Positions 51,164 to 61,041 of a DNA stretch of 64,000 nucleotides are shown in pieces. Position 1 is the stretch's first letter. Every line of letters starts with the position of its first letter. A program made the position numbers and the translations under genes. Below the pieces are notes generated by a model, which was not told the DNA's origin, made no database searches, and saw only the letters and a program-made list of their open reading frames with translations. Source of the stretch: an uncultured delta proteobacterium (lineage in GTDB: Bacteria > Desulfobacterota > WTBG01); the NCBI GenBank assembly GCA_963793865.1, contig CAWCBP010000006.1:32001-96000 (forward strand), written 5' to 3'.

Positions 51164-52531
51164 ATGACCATGAAAAATAAATATATGTCCCTTGTTATGG
51201 TAGTGATATTTTTAATTGCTTTTTCATTGCACAATGCCTGTGCTGAGGGCTGGAAGAAATCCTACCATGCAGGAACATTTGACAAGAACTTCAAATACAT
51301 GGGCGGGACAGAGCTTATGTTTCTCACGTCACATAAAGGTAATCTTTATGCCGCCACAAGCATGTGGATGAACTTGGATCTTCCCTTCTCTACCGGCCCA
51401 CAGATTCTTGTTAAAGAATCGCCAAGGAACAGGTGGAAGCTTGATTATCAGATAGACAAGCAAATACTGAGAGTGGACCAGCTAGCCTCAATTACCCTTG
51501 GCACTGACGGACAAGGAAATGATCTTAGTCAACCGGTTAATCTTCTAGTGGCCGGTATGGGGGTCAATGTTTCCCAGCTGCCTGGAACAGCTACCGTTGC
51601 TGTGCGTGACGATGCAATAAATAAATGGATCACAGTGAATCTTGTGACATTGAACTATCCGATTTCAATCCGCGCCATCGGCACGCATAAAGACAAAATA
51701 ACGGGCGTTGACCATGTGTTTGCAGGAGCATTCCCTGGAGGTATATTTAGTGGCGTGTATGATGCGACCGTGCCTGGACAGATCAGATGGGACAGCACTC
51801 CCGAATTATCAAACGTTATAGACCGCGTCATGTCTTTTGGTGAATGTAATGGTGATCTGTATGTTGCAATAAAGCCTGCAATTTATAAGCGCTTTGATGG
51901 GCCAACACCTACATGGGAAAAAGTTTACGAATACACCACATACCCAACCGATAAGCCGAGCTGGCAGGGTGGTAGCAGCGGCATACGTGGGCTGACAGCA
52001 ATACCTAACCCAGATGGAGAAGGCGAGGTGCTTTTAATGGCCCTTGAAGGATTGACCCTTGAACAATATCACATGGCGAAGATCGTGTGCCTTGACCCTT
52101 CTAATAACAACAGCGTCACAATAGATCTTGATCTGACTGAATTTTTAAAAGGGCAGTTGGGGGGTGAATGGAACTATGTTGTTACAGCTTATAATGATAT
52201 GGAACAGGTAACTGATCCAAATACCGGTGAAGATCTTCTTATGATGGGATTGAGTGTATTTGAAGGATACATACCTTTAAGCACTGCTTCTTGGTATCTT
52301 GTTCGTCATCCTGACGCAACCTATACTGTGCATGAGATTCCCTATATCTATGATCTTCGTGGACAGCCCAAAACGCTTCAAGGGACTCGCACAATCAGGG
52401 TATCTCCGTTTGCTGAGGATAACGGGCAGGTATTCTATTTCGGAGGGTTTGACTGCGCATTCAAAACAAGTCATAACACAGCCTGGATTTATTCTGTTGA
52501 TATAGACACTGCCTTGGGGATTTTAGATTGA
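51164..52531 (+). CDS. Secreted hypothetical protein (possible beta-propeller)
   Basis: AAGGAG RBS, signal peptide, HKGNLYA/CNGDLYV-like repeats. Confidence 0.75.
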   Translation: MTMKNKYMSLVMVVIFLIAFSLHNACAEGWKKSYHAGTFDKNFKYMGGTELMFLTSHKGNLYAATSMWMNLDLPFSTGPQILVKESPRNRWKLDYQIDKQILRVDQLASITLGTDGQGNDLSQPVNLLVAGMGVNVSQLPGTATVAVRDDAINKWITVNLVTLNYPISIRAIGTHKDKITGVDHVFAGAFPGGIFSGVYDATVPGQIRWDSTPELSNVIDRVMSFGECNGDLYVAIKPAIYKRFDGPTPTWEKVYEYTTYPTDKPSWQGGSSGIRGLTAIPNPDGEGEVLLMALEGLTLEQYHMAKIVCLDPSNNNSVTIDLDLTEFLKGQLGGEWNYVVTAYNDMEQVTDPNTGEDLLMMGLSVFEGYIPLSTASWYLVRHPDATYTVHEIPYIYDLRGQPKTLQGTRTIRVSPFAEDNGQVFYFGGFDCAFKTSHNTAWIYSVDIDTALGILD

Positions 52532-52688
52532 TAATTAAAATTTGAATAGAGGTACAAAGAAAGAGCAATGAATTAAAACAAGTTGCAAAAGAAAGGAAGA
52601 ATACTCCGACCCGGGGATCGTTTCTAACTGGACAAGTCTTTGAAAATTATCATCAAGGACCAAACCGTTCCAGAGAGGAGACAAGGAC

Positions 52689-54395
52689 ATGTTAAAGAAA
52701 TGCACTTATATCATAGTGATTGGTAGTCTCTTATTTTTGCAGGGCTGTGGTATGCTTATCTTTAGTGAAGAAAAGAGGGCCATGAAGAAATATCAAATTC
52801 ATGAGGAGCAGTATAACCCCTACAAACTGCAGAACACCATCGAAGGATACAGAGAATTTATTTCCCTCCATCCGAAAAACCTTTTTGTCGATGATGCAAA
52901 ACAGCAGATTGAGAATTTAGAATTTGCCCCCTATGAAGAGGAAGACAGTGTCGAAGGATACATGGAGTTTAAAATGAGGTATCCGACCAACCGGCATGCT
53001 TTTAAAGCGAGTGTTAAAATTGAACAGGCAGAAGTAAAGCGCTACGAGAAAATGGACACCATAGAAGGGTACAATGAATTTCTCTCAAAATATCCTGATA
53101 GCACCTTTGCTGTGTTAGCACAACAGAGTTTACAGGAACTTGAGTTTAGAGAGATTAATAATACGCTGAGCACGGACTATGGATTTGACCTTTTAGCTTA
53201 CCGACTGAACCTCAATAGATTAAAGAAGAACTTAGAAACGGTTGATGGCATTAACCTTGGTGATTTTACCTGCTTTGCCTCTCTTACAACCTACGAAGGA
53301 AAAAAATACTTTCATACTAGCTTGATCTATCCAACAGACCTTTCCTATCTTGATACAACTGCCACCGAGACACATGAGCGGTTTTTTAATCCTATTATAT
53401 CCAAAGCCCTGATGTATCTTGAAAGTAATTTCATGAGCAAAGATAAAATTGATGGTTTTAGCTTTGATGTATCATCATCGTCTCACGCCTACCATGGTGA
53501 TAGAAGAATCATACTGGAGTACTACTTCCCCATAAGTCAGGTTATTCTGCTTGCCACAAACAAGGCGGACAGTAAAGACCTTTTAGCCCGTTCTATAATC
53601 GTTTCCCCCAGGAAAGTGGTCAGCAAAGATAAAGAGGTAGCTTCAATAAAAGTGGAACCTGTTATGGATTTAGAAAAACTGGATGGTTTGAAGATAATGA
53701 CCCTGGTGAGTGAAAGGGACAGGGGAAGCGATTACATCATCTCCAGTTCCTGGGAACGAGGGAGACATACCCTAAAATCTATTGAGAAGCGGAAAAACCT
53801 CATGGGTGAAGGGGAATTTATCTATAAATCAGTGCTGCGATACCTCGACCCTCCTGCCTATTGTGGAGCAAATATTTTGACCTGGAATTATAAAGACGGG
53901 GAAAAGGCATTCTGGGCTTTTGCTCCTTATTTAACTCATGAAACCAAAATCCTAAGTCCTACGAGAGTTACCAATACTGATTTCTTAATCCCCCCTGCTG
54001 AATTTGATTTTCCCCTCAAAGATTATGTGGACATTAACGTGGGAGAAGAAAGACATAATCTTATACGAAGTGAAGACTATGAAGGTACAATGTGCTTTGT
54101 AGTCGAAAGCACTCCTACAAAAAAGGACATGAAATATGGAAAAAGAATCAGTTGGATCGACCAACATTCCTTCATACCCTTAAAAGTAGACTATTGGGAC
54201 AAAGGAGAGAGACTCTGGAAGACCTTGAACATCGAGTGGCAACAAATATTCGGGTTTTGGTTTTGGAAGAAGGGAGTAGTAGAAAATGTGCAAACAGATG
54301 ACAAAACATTTATTATTATTGAGGATGTGAGGGTTAATCTGGGACTGAATGATCGAGATTTCACCAAATTTGGCTTAGATCAGAAAAAGTCATAG
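52689..54395 (+). CDS. Lipoprotein with three helical repeats and C-terminal LolA-like (outer-membrane lipoprotein-sorting) domain
   Basis: Lipobox LQGC; 3x (T/S)(I/V)EGY.EF...(Y/H)P; C-term CFVVESTP..YGKRISWID..KVDYWD..VNLGLNDRDFT. Confidence 0.72.
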   Translation: MLKKCTYIIVIGSLLFLQGCGMLIFSEEKRAMKKYQIHEEQYNPYKLQNTIEGYREFISLHPKNLFVDDAKQQIENLEFAPYEEEDSVEGYMEFKMRYPTNRHAFKASVKIEQAEVKRYEKMDTIEGYNEFLSKYPDSTFAVLAQQSLQELEFREINNTLSTDYGFDLLAYRLNLNRLKKNLETVDGINLGDFTCFASLTTYEGKKYFHTSLIYPTDLSYLDTTATETHERFFNPIISKALMYLESNFMSKDKIDGFSFDVSSSSHAYHGDRRIILEYYFPISQVILLATNKADSKDLLARSIIVSPRKVVSKDKEVASIKVEPVMDLEKLDGLKIMTLVSERDRGSDYIISSSWERGRHTLKSIEKRKNLMGEGEFIYKSVLRYLDPPAYCGANILTWNYKDGEKAFWAFAPYLTHETKILSPTRVTNTDFLIPPAEFDFPLKDYVDINVGEERHNLIRSEDYEGTMCFVVESTPTKKDMKYGKRISWIDQHSFIPLKVDYWDKGERLWKTLNIEWQQIFGFWFWKKGVVENVQTDDKTFIIIEDVRVNLGLNDRDFTKFGLDQKKS

Positions 54396-54445
54396 ATTCC
54401 CAGAGTGAAATAACATGCCTTTTATTCATTGGAGGAGGCGAAAGA

Positions 54446-54871
54446 ATGAAGAAAATAAATCTTATTCATGTTGTAGTCGTATGTTCTGTTATCCTTTGCA
54501 TAAAACCAGTGTCAGGTGAAAGGCTTTCAGCTGGTAATGGTTTACAGAATACTCAATGGGATGTTTATGTAATGCAATTGCCTAAGTGTTTGAATGAATG
54601 CGGCGGTGCATTAGTATCATTCAATGAAGAGGGTTCGGGAGATATTAGATGGGATGACCCCAGTGTCGAGGGGTTGCCGTTTTCTTATGCTGTACGCAGA
54701 GCGTTTGATACCACACTGTTTTTCACCGTTAATGACAGTATGGCAGGAGGGGGAATAGCCTCAATAAGCAAGGGCATTTTGATGGTATTGTTTAATTGCA
54801 GATTAGGATATTGCGGACCTCATTATGTCATGGTCGGTGCCCCTCATATAAACAGTGCCTTAGTTGAGTAA
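54446..54871 (+). CDS. Exported hypothetical protein
   Basis: GGAGG RBS, signal peptide. Confidence 0.65.
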   Translation: MKKINLIHVVVVCSVILCIKPVSGERLSAGNGLQNTQWDVYVMQLPKCLNECGGALVSFNEEGSGDIRWDDPSVEGLPFSYAVRRAFDTTLFFTVNDSMAGGGIASISKGILMVLFNCRLGYCGPHYVMVGAPHINSALVE

Positions 54872-55344
54872 GATGGCATTGAATATCGCTGAGCCTTCCA
54901 CAACTGGCTTAGAACGAGAGATTTTCTGGCCCCTGTATTTCTCTGAAAGATTATGCTATAAAATTGTTAGCCTCATAATAGAAGTCTTGAAGAGCCGATA
55001 ACCGGTTTGGCCCCCTCCTTTCAGGTTATCGGCCTTCTCTTTATTATACTGACCATTCATATTGCTTACCGTTTCTGTTTTACCATGCCGTCTGTTTAAC
55101 TCACGACATTCCATTCTTTTAAGAAATTGAAAGTACTCAATATAAGATTTTTCGAAGTGCAAAATCAGGGTTTTGCCTATTGCTTTTTACATTTTTGCAA
55201 GCTTTTCATATTTCCTTCATACTAATAATCTTACAAATGTTAATAATAAATCTAATCAAATAATTAAGGTTTCTCAATGCATTAGCCGACTTAGAATTAT
55301 TGTAAAGGAGAAAAAAGAGCTAACTTAATGTAAGGACATGCAAG

Positions 55345-58300
55345 ATGAACCCCACTGACAATACTAAATATAGCTTTTTAAACAAAATCTTAGTAAGCCA
55401 TAACCAGATAGTAAAAAAGAAATTAGAGAAACCAGATTTAACCCTATCCAGTGATTCTTTTGGCGACGGAAAAGAATTTTTGCATAATATAATTGAATGC
55501 TCTTTAGATGGCATTATTGCTGTTGATGAGCAGGGAAACATCAGGAGAATGAATAGATCATTTCTGACAACTCTTGGATATGAGGCAAATGAGATAGTTG
55601 GAAAACATGTGACAGAACTTTCTATACTGGAAGCAGGTACATACGAGCTAACTACAGGGGATTCAATTGAAATTACTGAGGACTACTTCTGTGATCGTGC
55701 AGCTTCAATTGCTACATTATTAGAGGGTGGTGAAATAAGAAACCGGATAAGTTATTTTACCCGTAAGGATGGTAAAATCGTTCCCTGTGAACAAAATATT
55801 TCACCGTTATACAATGACGAGGGAAAAGCAATAGGAGCGGTTGGGGTCGTTAGAAATATTACAGAAAGCAGAAATGCTAAAAGAAGTGTTGAAGAGTTTA
55901 GAGAATTTTTGGACAACATTTTCAAAACGGTAGTGGATGGAATAATTGTTACTGATCCTAAGGGATTCATCATAATGTTAAATGATGCAGTTACAAGGAT
56001 AACGGGTTATAGCAAAGAGGACTTAATCGGTAGACATGCTAAAGATTTTAGACTTGAGAGCAGTGCATACGATGAAATAAATAAAGAATTATTTAGAGAT
56101 GGAAGCATTACCGGATCGGATATGCCCTGGATGAGAAAAGATGGAAATATTATTACTGTCGAAGGAAGTGTTGCCCTATTAAAGGATAACAACGGAAATG
56201 CTAAAGGAGCGGTTGCTACCATTAGAGATATCTCCGAAAAGAACAAAGCACAGGAGGAATTAAGATCAGCAAAGGAGCATTTGGATAATCTCATTGATAA
56301 CTCCTTGGACTGCATAGTGGTCTCTGACAAAACTGGCTATATAACGAAAGTTAACAAGTATTTCCTGGACCTGTTTGGTTATAGTCAAGAAGAGGTGATT
56401 GGCAAGCATGTAATGGATTGTGCCCCGATGCTTGACGAAGGTACGTATGAGTGCACTACAGGAGAAGTACTAAGGATAGGTAAGGAATTTATTAATGATG
56501 CACAAAAAAGGATTGCAGATCTAATTGATAAAGGAAAGGTAACCAATTGGGAGGCGTATTATTATTGCAAAGACAGGAAGGTTGTTCCCATTGAACAGAA
56601 TATAGTTTGCTTGTACGGTAAAGACGGGGAGCGGACTGGTGCAGTTGCTATCATAAGAGATATTACGCTGAGGAGGAAGGCAGAAAGGGAACTAAAGGAA
56701 ACAAAAGAATTTTTGGAAAAAGTCATCGAAAGCACCAAAGATGGGATCCTGATAGTTGATGAAACGGGATACATTCTTTCTGCAAACACAGCGATGGAGA
56801 AAATGAGTGGTTTTGCCAAAAGCGATATAATCGGGAAGCATGCTTCTTCGCTTGTCGTTGACGATAAAGAAACCAAGAAAGCAATCCTGGGAAAAACCGC
56901 TGAACTGTTTGAAAAAGGTTCTGCTACCTATGAAGCACAATACAAGACTAACAACGGAAACTGTCTTGATGTAGAATGCACTTCTTCAATGATCAGCAAT
57001 GATCAAGGAGAGTACATTGCCGGAGTGGCTGTCTTGAGAGATGTTTCTGAGAGAAAAAGGACGCAACGTGAGATTAAAGAGGGCAAGGAATTTCTAGAAA
57101 AAATCATTCAAGGCAGTAAAGATGGAATAGTCATATGTGACGAGCAGGGCTGCATACTTTCAGTCAACGAAGCCATGGGGGAAATGTTAGGTCTGGGGAA
57201 GGAAGATATCGTGGGGAGGCACTCTTCAGAGCTGCACGGAGATGATGCATCTGAGAAGAAGAAGGTGAAGGACAAGATAGGAGAACTACTGGAGAAAGGG
57301 TTTGCATCATACGAGACACGATATTTAAGGAAGGACGGTAAAATGGTTGAAGTGGAATGCTATAACTCAATGATTCGTAATAATGCGGAGTTTATTGGCG
57401 GCATATCTATAGTGCGGAACATAACAGAAAGAAACAAGATGCAGCAGCAAATGATACAATCTGATAAGCTGAGGTCGCTGGGAGAGTTGGCTGGAGGCGT
57501 AGCTCATGACTTCAATAATATATTAGCTGCAATTTTGGGAAGGGTTCAGCTCTTGAAGATACAATTTAAGCCCCCTGATGGTAATGAGGAGAAAAGCGCA
57601 TCAATGCTTGATCTGGTAAAATGCCTGGAAATTATCGAAAAAGCATCCTTGGACGGAGCTGAGACAGTAAGGCGGATTCAAGAGTTTGCCCGGAAAAGGG
57701 TAGATGACAAAGACTTTACTCCGGTTAACATAAATGAATTACTGGACAATGCCCTAGAATTTACAAAAGTAAGGTGGAGAAATGAAGCTGAATCAAAGGG
57801 GATAAAAGTTGAAGTTCAAAAAGACTATTCACCACTTGCTAGCACCTTAGGCAGTGCATCCGAATTAAGAGAAGTATTTACCAATCTTATCAATAATGCT
57901 CTTGATGCGATGCCTTATGGCGGAAGGATTAGCATTAAGACATTGGAGGAAGATAGTCATATCGCTCTAACGATAGAAGATACAGGTGTTGGTATCCCTG
58001 ATGCGATAAGGAATAGAATATTTGACCCCTTTTTCACAACAAAAGGCGTTCAATCAACTGGACTTGGCATGAGTATCTCATACAGTATTATTAATCATCA
58101 TAAAGGTACTATCTTAGTAGAAAGCGAGGAGGGAAAAGGAACCATTTTTACCATACAACTCCCCATTCAAGAAAAGAAGATTAAAGAGGAAGGAGTTATA
58201 ACACCCATAGAAGAAAACGGTAGGAAGGCAAGGATTCTGATCATAGAGGATGAAGAAGAAATCAGTCAACTTTTATATGATATCTTGATTAGTCAAGGTC

Positions 58301-58605
58301 ATGAGGTTGAAGTTACCACTGATGGAAATCGGGGATTAGAGATATTTAAAACCAGAGATTTTGATTTGGTTTGCACCGATTTAGGAATGCCTGGCATGTC
58401 AGGCTGGCAGGTAGCAGAAGAGATTAAACATATTGGCAAGAAGGTACCTGTTGCCATCATTTCTGGGTGGAGTATAGATCTGAATGAGCCAGAGATGAGA
58501 GAAAAAGGAGTAGATATTATTCTTCAGAAACCATTTCAAATAAATCAGATTTTGAAATTGGTTCAAGAGGGGTTGTCATTGAAAGATCAATTTGAAGCAG
58601 CGTGA
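55345..58605 (+). CDS. Hybrid histidine kinase: five PAS + HisKA + HATPase + receiver
   Basis: Repeated DGI..D..G / RDI-RNI PAS ends; GVAHDFNN; FDPFFTTK; IEDE..TDLGMP..KP. Confidence 0.93.
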   Translation: MNPTDNTKYSFLNKILVSHNQIVKKKLEKPDLTLSSDSFGDGKEFLHNIIECSLDGIIAVDEQGNIRRMNRSFLTTLGYEANEIVGKHVTELSILEAGTYELTTGDSIEITEDYFCDRAASIATLLEGGEIRNRISYFTRKDGKIVPCEQNISPLYNDEGKAIGAVGVVRNITESRNAKRSVEEFREFLDNIFKTVVDGIIVTDPKGFIIMLNDAVTRITGYSKEDLIGRHAKDFRLESSAYDEINKELFRDGSITGSDMPWMRKDGNIITVEGSVALLKDNNGNAKGAVATIRDISEKNKAQEELRSAKEHLDNLIDNSLDCIVVSDKTGYITKVNKYFLDLFGYSQEEVIGKHVMDCAPMLDEGTYECTTGEVLRIGKEFINDAQKRIADLIDKGKVTNWEAYYYCKDRKVVPIEQNIVCLYGKDGERTGAVAIIRDITLRRKAERELKETKEFLEKVIESTKDGILIVDETGYILSANTAMEKMSGFAKSDIIGKHASSLVVDDKETKKAILGKTAELFEKGSATYEAQYKTNNGNCLDVECTSSMISNDQGEYIAGVAVLRDVSERKRTQREIKEGKEFLEKIIQGSKDGIVICDEQGCILSVNEAMGEMLGLGKEDIVGRHSSELHGDDASEKKKVKDKIGELLEKGFASYETRYLRKDGKMVEVECYNSMIRNNAEFIGGISIVRNITERNKMQQQMIQSDKLRSLGELAGGVAHDFNNILAAILGRVQLLKIQFKPPDGNEEKSASMLDLVKCLEIIEKASLDGAETVRRIQEFARKRVDDKDFTPVNINELLDNALEFTKVRWRNEAESKGIKVEVQKDYSPLASTLGSASELREVFTNLINNALDAMPYGGRISIKTLEEDSHIALTIEDTGVGIPDAIRNRIFDPFFTTKGVQSTGLGMSISYSIINHHKGTILVESEEGKGTIFTIQLPIQEKKIKEEGVITPIEENGRKARILIIEDEEEISQLLYDILISQGHEVEVTTDGNRGLEIFKTRDFDLVCTDLGMPGMSGWQVAEEIKHIGKKVPVAIISGWSIDLNEPEMREKGVDIILQKPFQINQILKLVQEGLSLKDQFEAA

Positions 58606-58770
58606 CAAGTCAAACAGTGGTTATTTGTCCGCACACTTCCTGAACAAAATTTGGCATGATCTTACTAATCCTGTGCAATTTGTCCACGCAAAGTACGATC
58701 AAGATACTATTGACGGAATAGTGAGAAATTGGAGTGCACAAACAATAAAAGATTGAAGGATTAAAACACC

Positions 58771-60516
58771 ATGAAAAAAAACAGAGAACTGATAAACGTA
58801 TCCCTGGTTGTAATTATTGCAATTGTGTTCTCACTATTCAGTTTATCGATTGACTTCATTAGTACAATTCACAAGTATTTCCCCCTGTATACAAGCGCGC
58901 CTATTAGTAAATTCATAATCAATGTTATTTTTCTATGGTTACTGGTGACTCTGGGGATGACGTACCAACGTTGGAGGGAGGCCTTGAGTAAGCAAATGGA
59001 GCTTGAGGACATTATATCTAGCATAAATGCGGATGTACTTGTTGTTGTTGACAGGGAACATACTATTGTTATGTGCAATGATTCGGTAAAAGGCATGTTT
59101 GGTTACAGTGCAGATGAAGTAGTGAACGGTAAATTTGACCTGTTCTGTAGTGACAGTTATCCTAACTTATCGAGAAAGAATGAGATATATGAAAAACTTG
59201 AAAAAGACGGATTTTACGTTAGTGTTGCCCAAGGAAAAAAGAAAAATGGTGAAGTTATACCCCTTGAAATAATTACCTATAATCGGAAAAATCATACTGG
59301 TGCAGTAATGCTACTGCGTGATATCACCGACAGGAAAAAGCTGGAACAACAGCTTATTCAATCAGAAAAGCTCAATTCACTGGGTGAACTCGCAGGTGGA
59401 GTAGCGCACGATTTTAACAATGTGTTAGCCGCCATACTGGGTAGAGCACAGCTCTTGAAGATGCATATGGAATCTCTGGCAGGAATAGAGAAAAACAGAA
59501 GAACGGTACTAGATCTAAAAAAAGGTTTAGAACTAATAGAGAATGCTGCCAGAGATGGGGCTGAAACGGTGAGGCAGATTCAGGAGTTTTCCAGGAGGAG
59601 AACTGACGATAAAGACTTTACTAAGATTGATATTAATGAGTTGCTGGATCATGCCCTGGAATATACCAGAATGAGGTGGAAGGACGAAGCTGAATCGAAG
59701 GGGATAAGGATCGGGATCAAAAAAGAGTTCTCTCCCCTTAATCCCATACTGGGACGTTCCTCGGAGTTAAGAGGAGTATTTGCCAATTTGATTAACAATG
59801 CCATTGATGCCATGCCACAGGGAGGTGAGATTAGAGTTAAGTCTTTTATGGATGATACTATGGCGGTGATCAAAATTGAGGATACAGGTGGTGGCATTCC
59901 TCACACTATAAAAGATAAGATTTTTGATCCATTCTTTACCACCAAGGGTCCTCAGTCGACGGGATTGGGGTTAAGCGTTTCCTACGGCACCATTAATCGG
60001 CACCATGGGACTATCACCGCAGAGAGTATTGAAGGGGAAGGGACTGCCTTTCTTCTCACGTTCCCTGTTACTGAGAAGGCAACTGAAGGTGAAGTTCGGA
60101 AAGAAAAGATTATACCCATAAGGAAGGAACAGGAAAAAGCCAGGATTTTGGTGATTGATGATGAGGAAGGTGTGCGTGAACTTTTACGGGATATTTTAAC
60201 CGACGCAAGCCATGAGGTTGAGGTGGCGAGAAATGGGGGAGAGGGGATTACGCTGTTTAGAGAGAAGGAGTTTGATCTGGTATTTACTGACCTGGGAATG
60301 CCTGTGATGTCCGGGTGGGAGGTAGCAGAAAAGGTAAAGAGTATCAATGAGAAGGTTCCGGTAGCGCTTATCACCGGGTGGAACGTATCATTAGAAGAGT
60401 CAGAGAAGCATGATAAAGGGATAAGTCTTGTTATTCAAAAACCCTTCAAAATGGAACAAATTCTCAATTTAGTCCAGGAGGGAATGATACTAAAAGATCA
60501 GCTTCAAGCTGTTTGA
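58771..60516 (+). CDS. Membrane hybrid histidine kinase: 2 TM + PAS + HisKA + HATPase + receiver
   Basis: GVAHDFNN, FDPFFTTK, IDDE..TDLGMP..KPF; C-half closely resembles the upstream kinase. Confidence 0.93.
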   Translation: MKKNRELINVSLVVIIAIVFSLFSLSIDFISTIHKYFPLYTSAPISKFIINVIFLWLLVTLGMTYQRWREALSKQMELEDIISSINADVLVVVDREHTIVMCNDSVKGMFGYSADEVVNGKFDLFCSDSYPNLSRKNEIYEKLEKDGFYVSVAQGKKKNGEVIPLEIITYNRKNHTGAVMLLRDITDRKKLEQQLIQSEKLNSLGELAGGVAHDFNNVLAAILGRAQLLKMHMESLAGIEKNRRTVLDLKKGLELIENAARDGAETVRQIQEFSRRRTDDKDFTKIDINELLDHALEYTRMRWKDEAESKGIRIGIKKEFSPLNPILGRSSELRGVFANLINNAIDAMPQGGEIRVKSFMDDTMAVIKIEDTGGGIPHTIKDKIFDPFFTTKGPQSTGLGLSVSYGTINRHHGTITAESIEGEGTAFLLTFPVTEKATEGEVRKEKIIPIRKEQEKARILVIDDEEGVRELLRDILTDASHEVEVARNGGEGITLFREKEFDLVFTDLGMPVMSGWEVAEKVKSINEKVPVALITGWNVSLEESEKHDKGISLVIQKPFKMEQILNLVQEGMILKDQLQAV

Positions 60517-61041
60517 GAAGAGCAAAGACTTGCATTGACACATCCCAAGCATTACCGTACGTCCACATATAATGTCTATCAGTCGCTCACAAAAATTTAA
60601 CACTTCTACCATAAATACAAAACTAATCTCCACACTATGCTCTGAGCCTTCCATAATTGGCTTATAATGAGAGATCTGCTGCCAGATGGTGATTTCTGTG
60701 GTGGTTTTTGTGTGGCAAGAAAATACATAACTTGAGTTGGGAGATTTTGTGTAGCTTTCCAATAGTCTAATTTTGTTCGTAACCAGAGTGGTGTCAGTAT
60801 CCATAAGGAGGGATTTATCCCAGTTTCTTCTCTCCTCTTCAATACCTTTTCAGTAGTCAGTGCTGAGGGGGTATTTTTCTTATGGTGTGGGTATCAATTA
60901 TTTTCTAGCTCAGAAAAACATTAACACAGCAATTGAGGTCCAAATTATATTTAATTGATTATAAGAATTTTCCGAGTAATATGTGCAAAGGAAACTATTT
61001 ATAATAATTGATGAAATGCATCTTAATGGTTAGGGGTGAGC

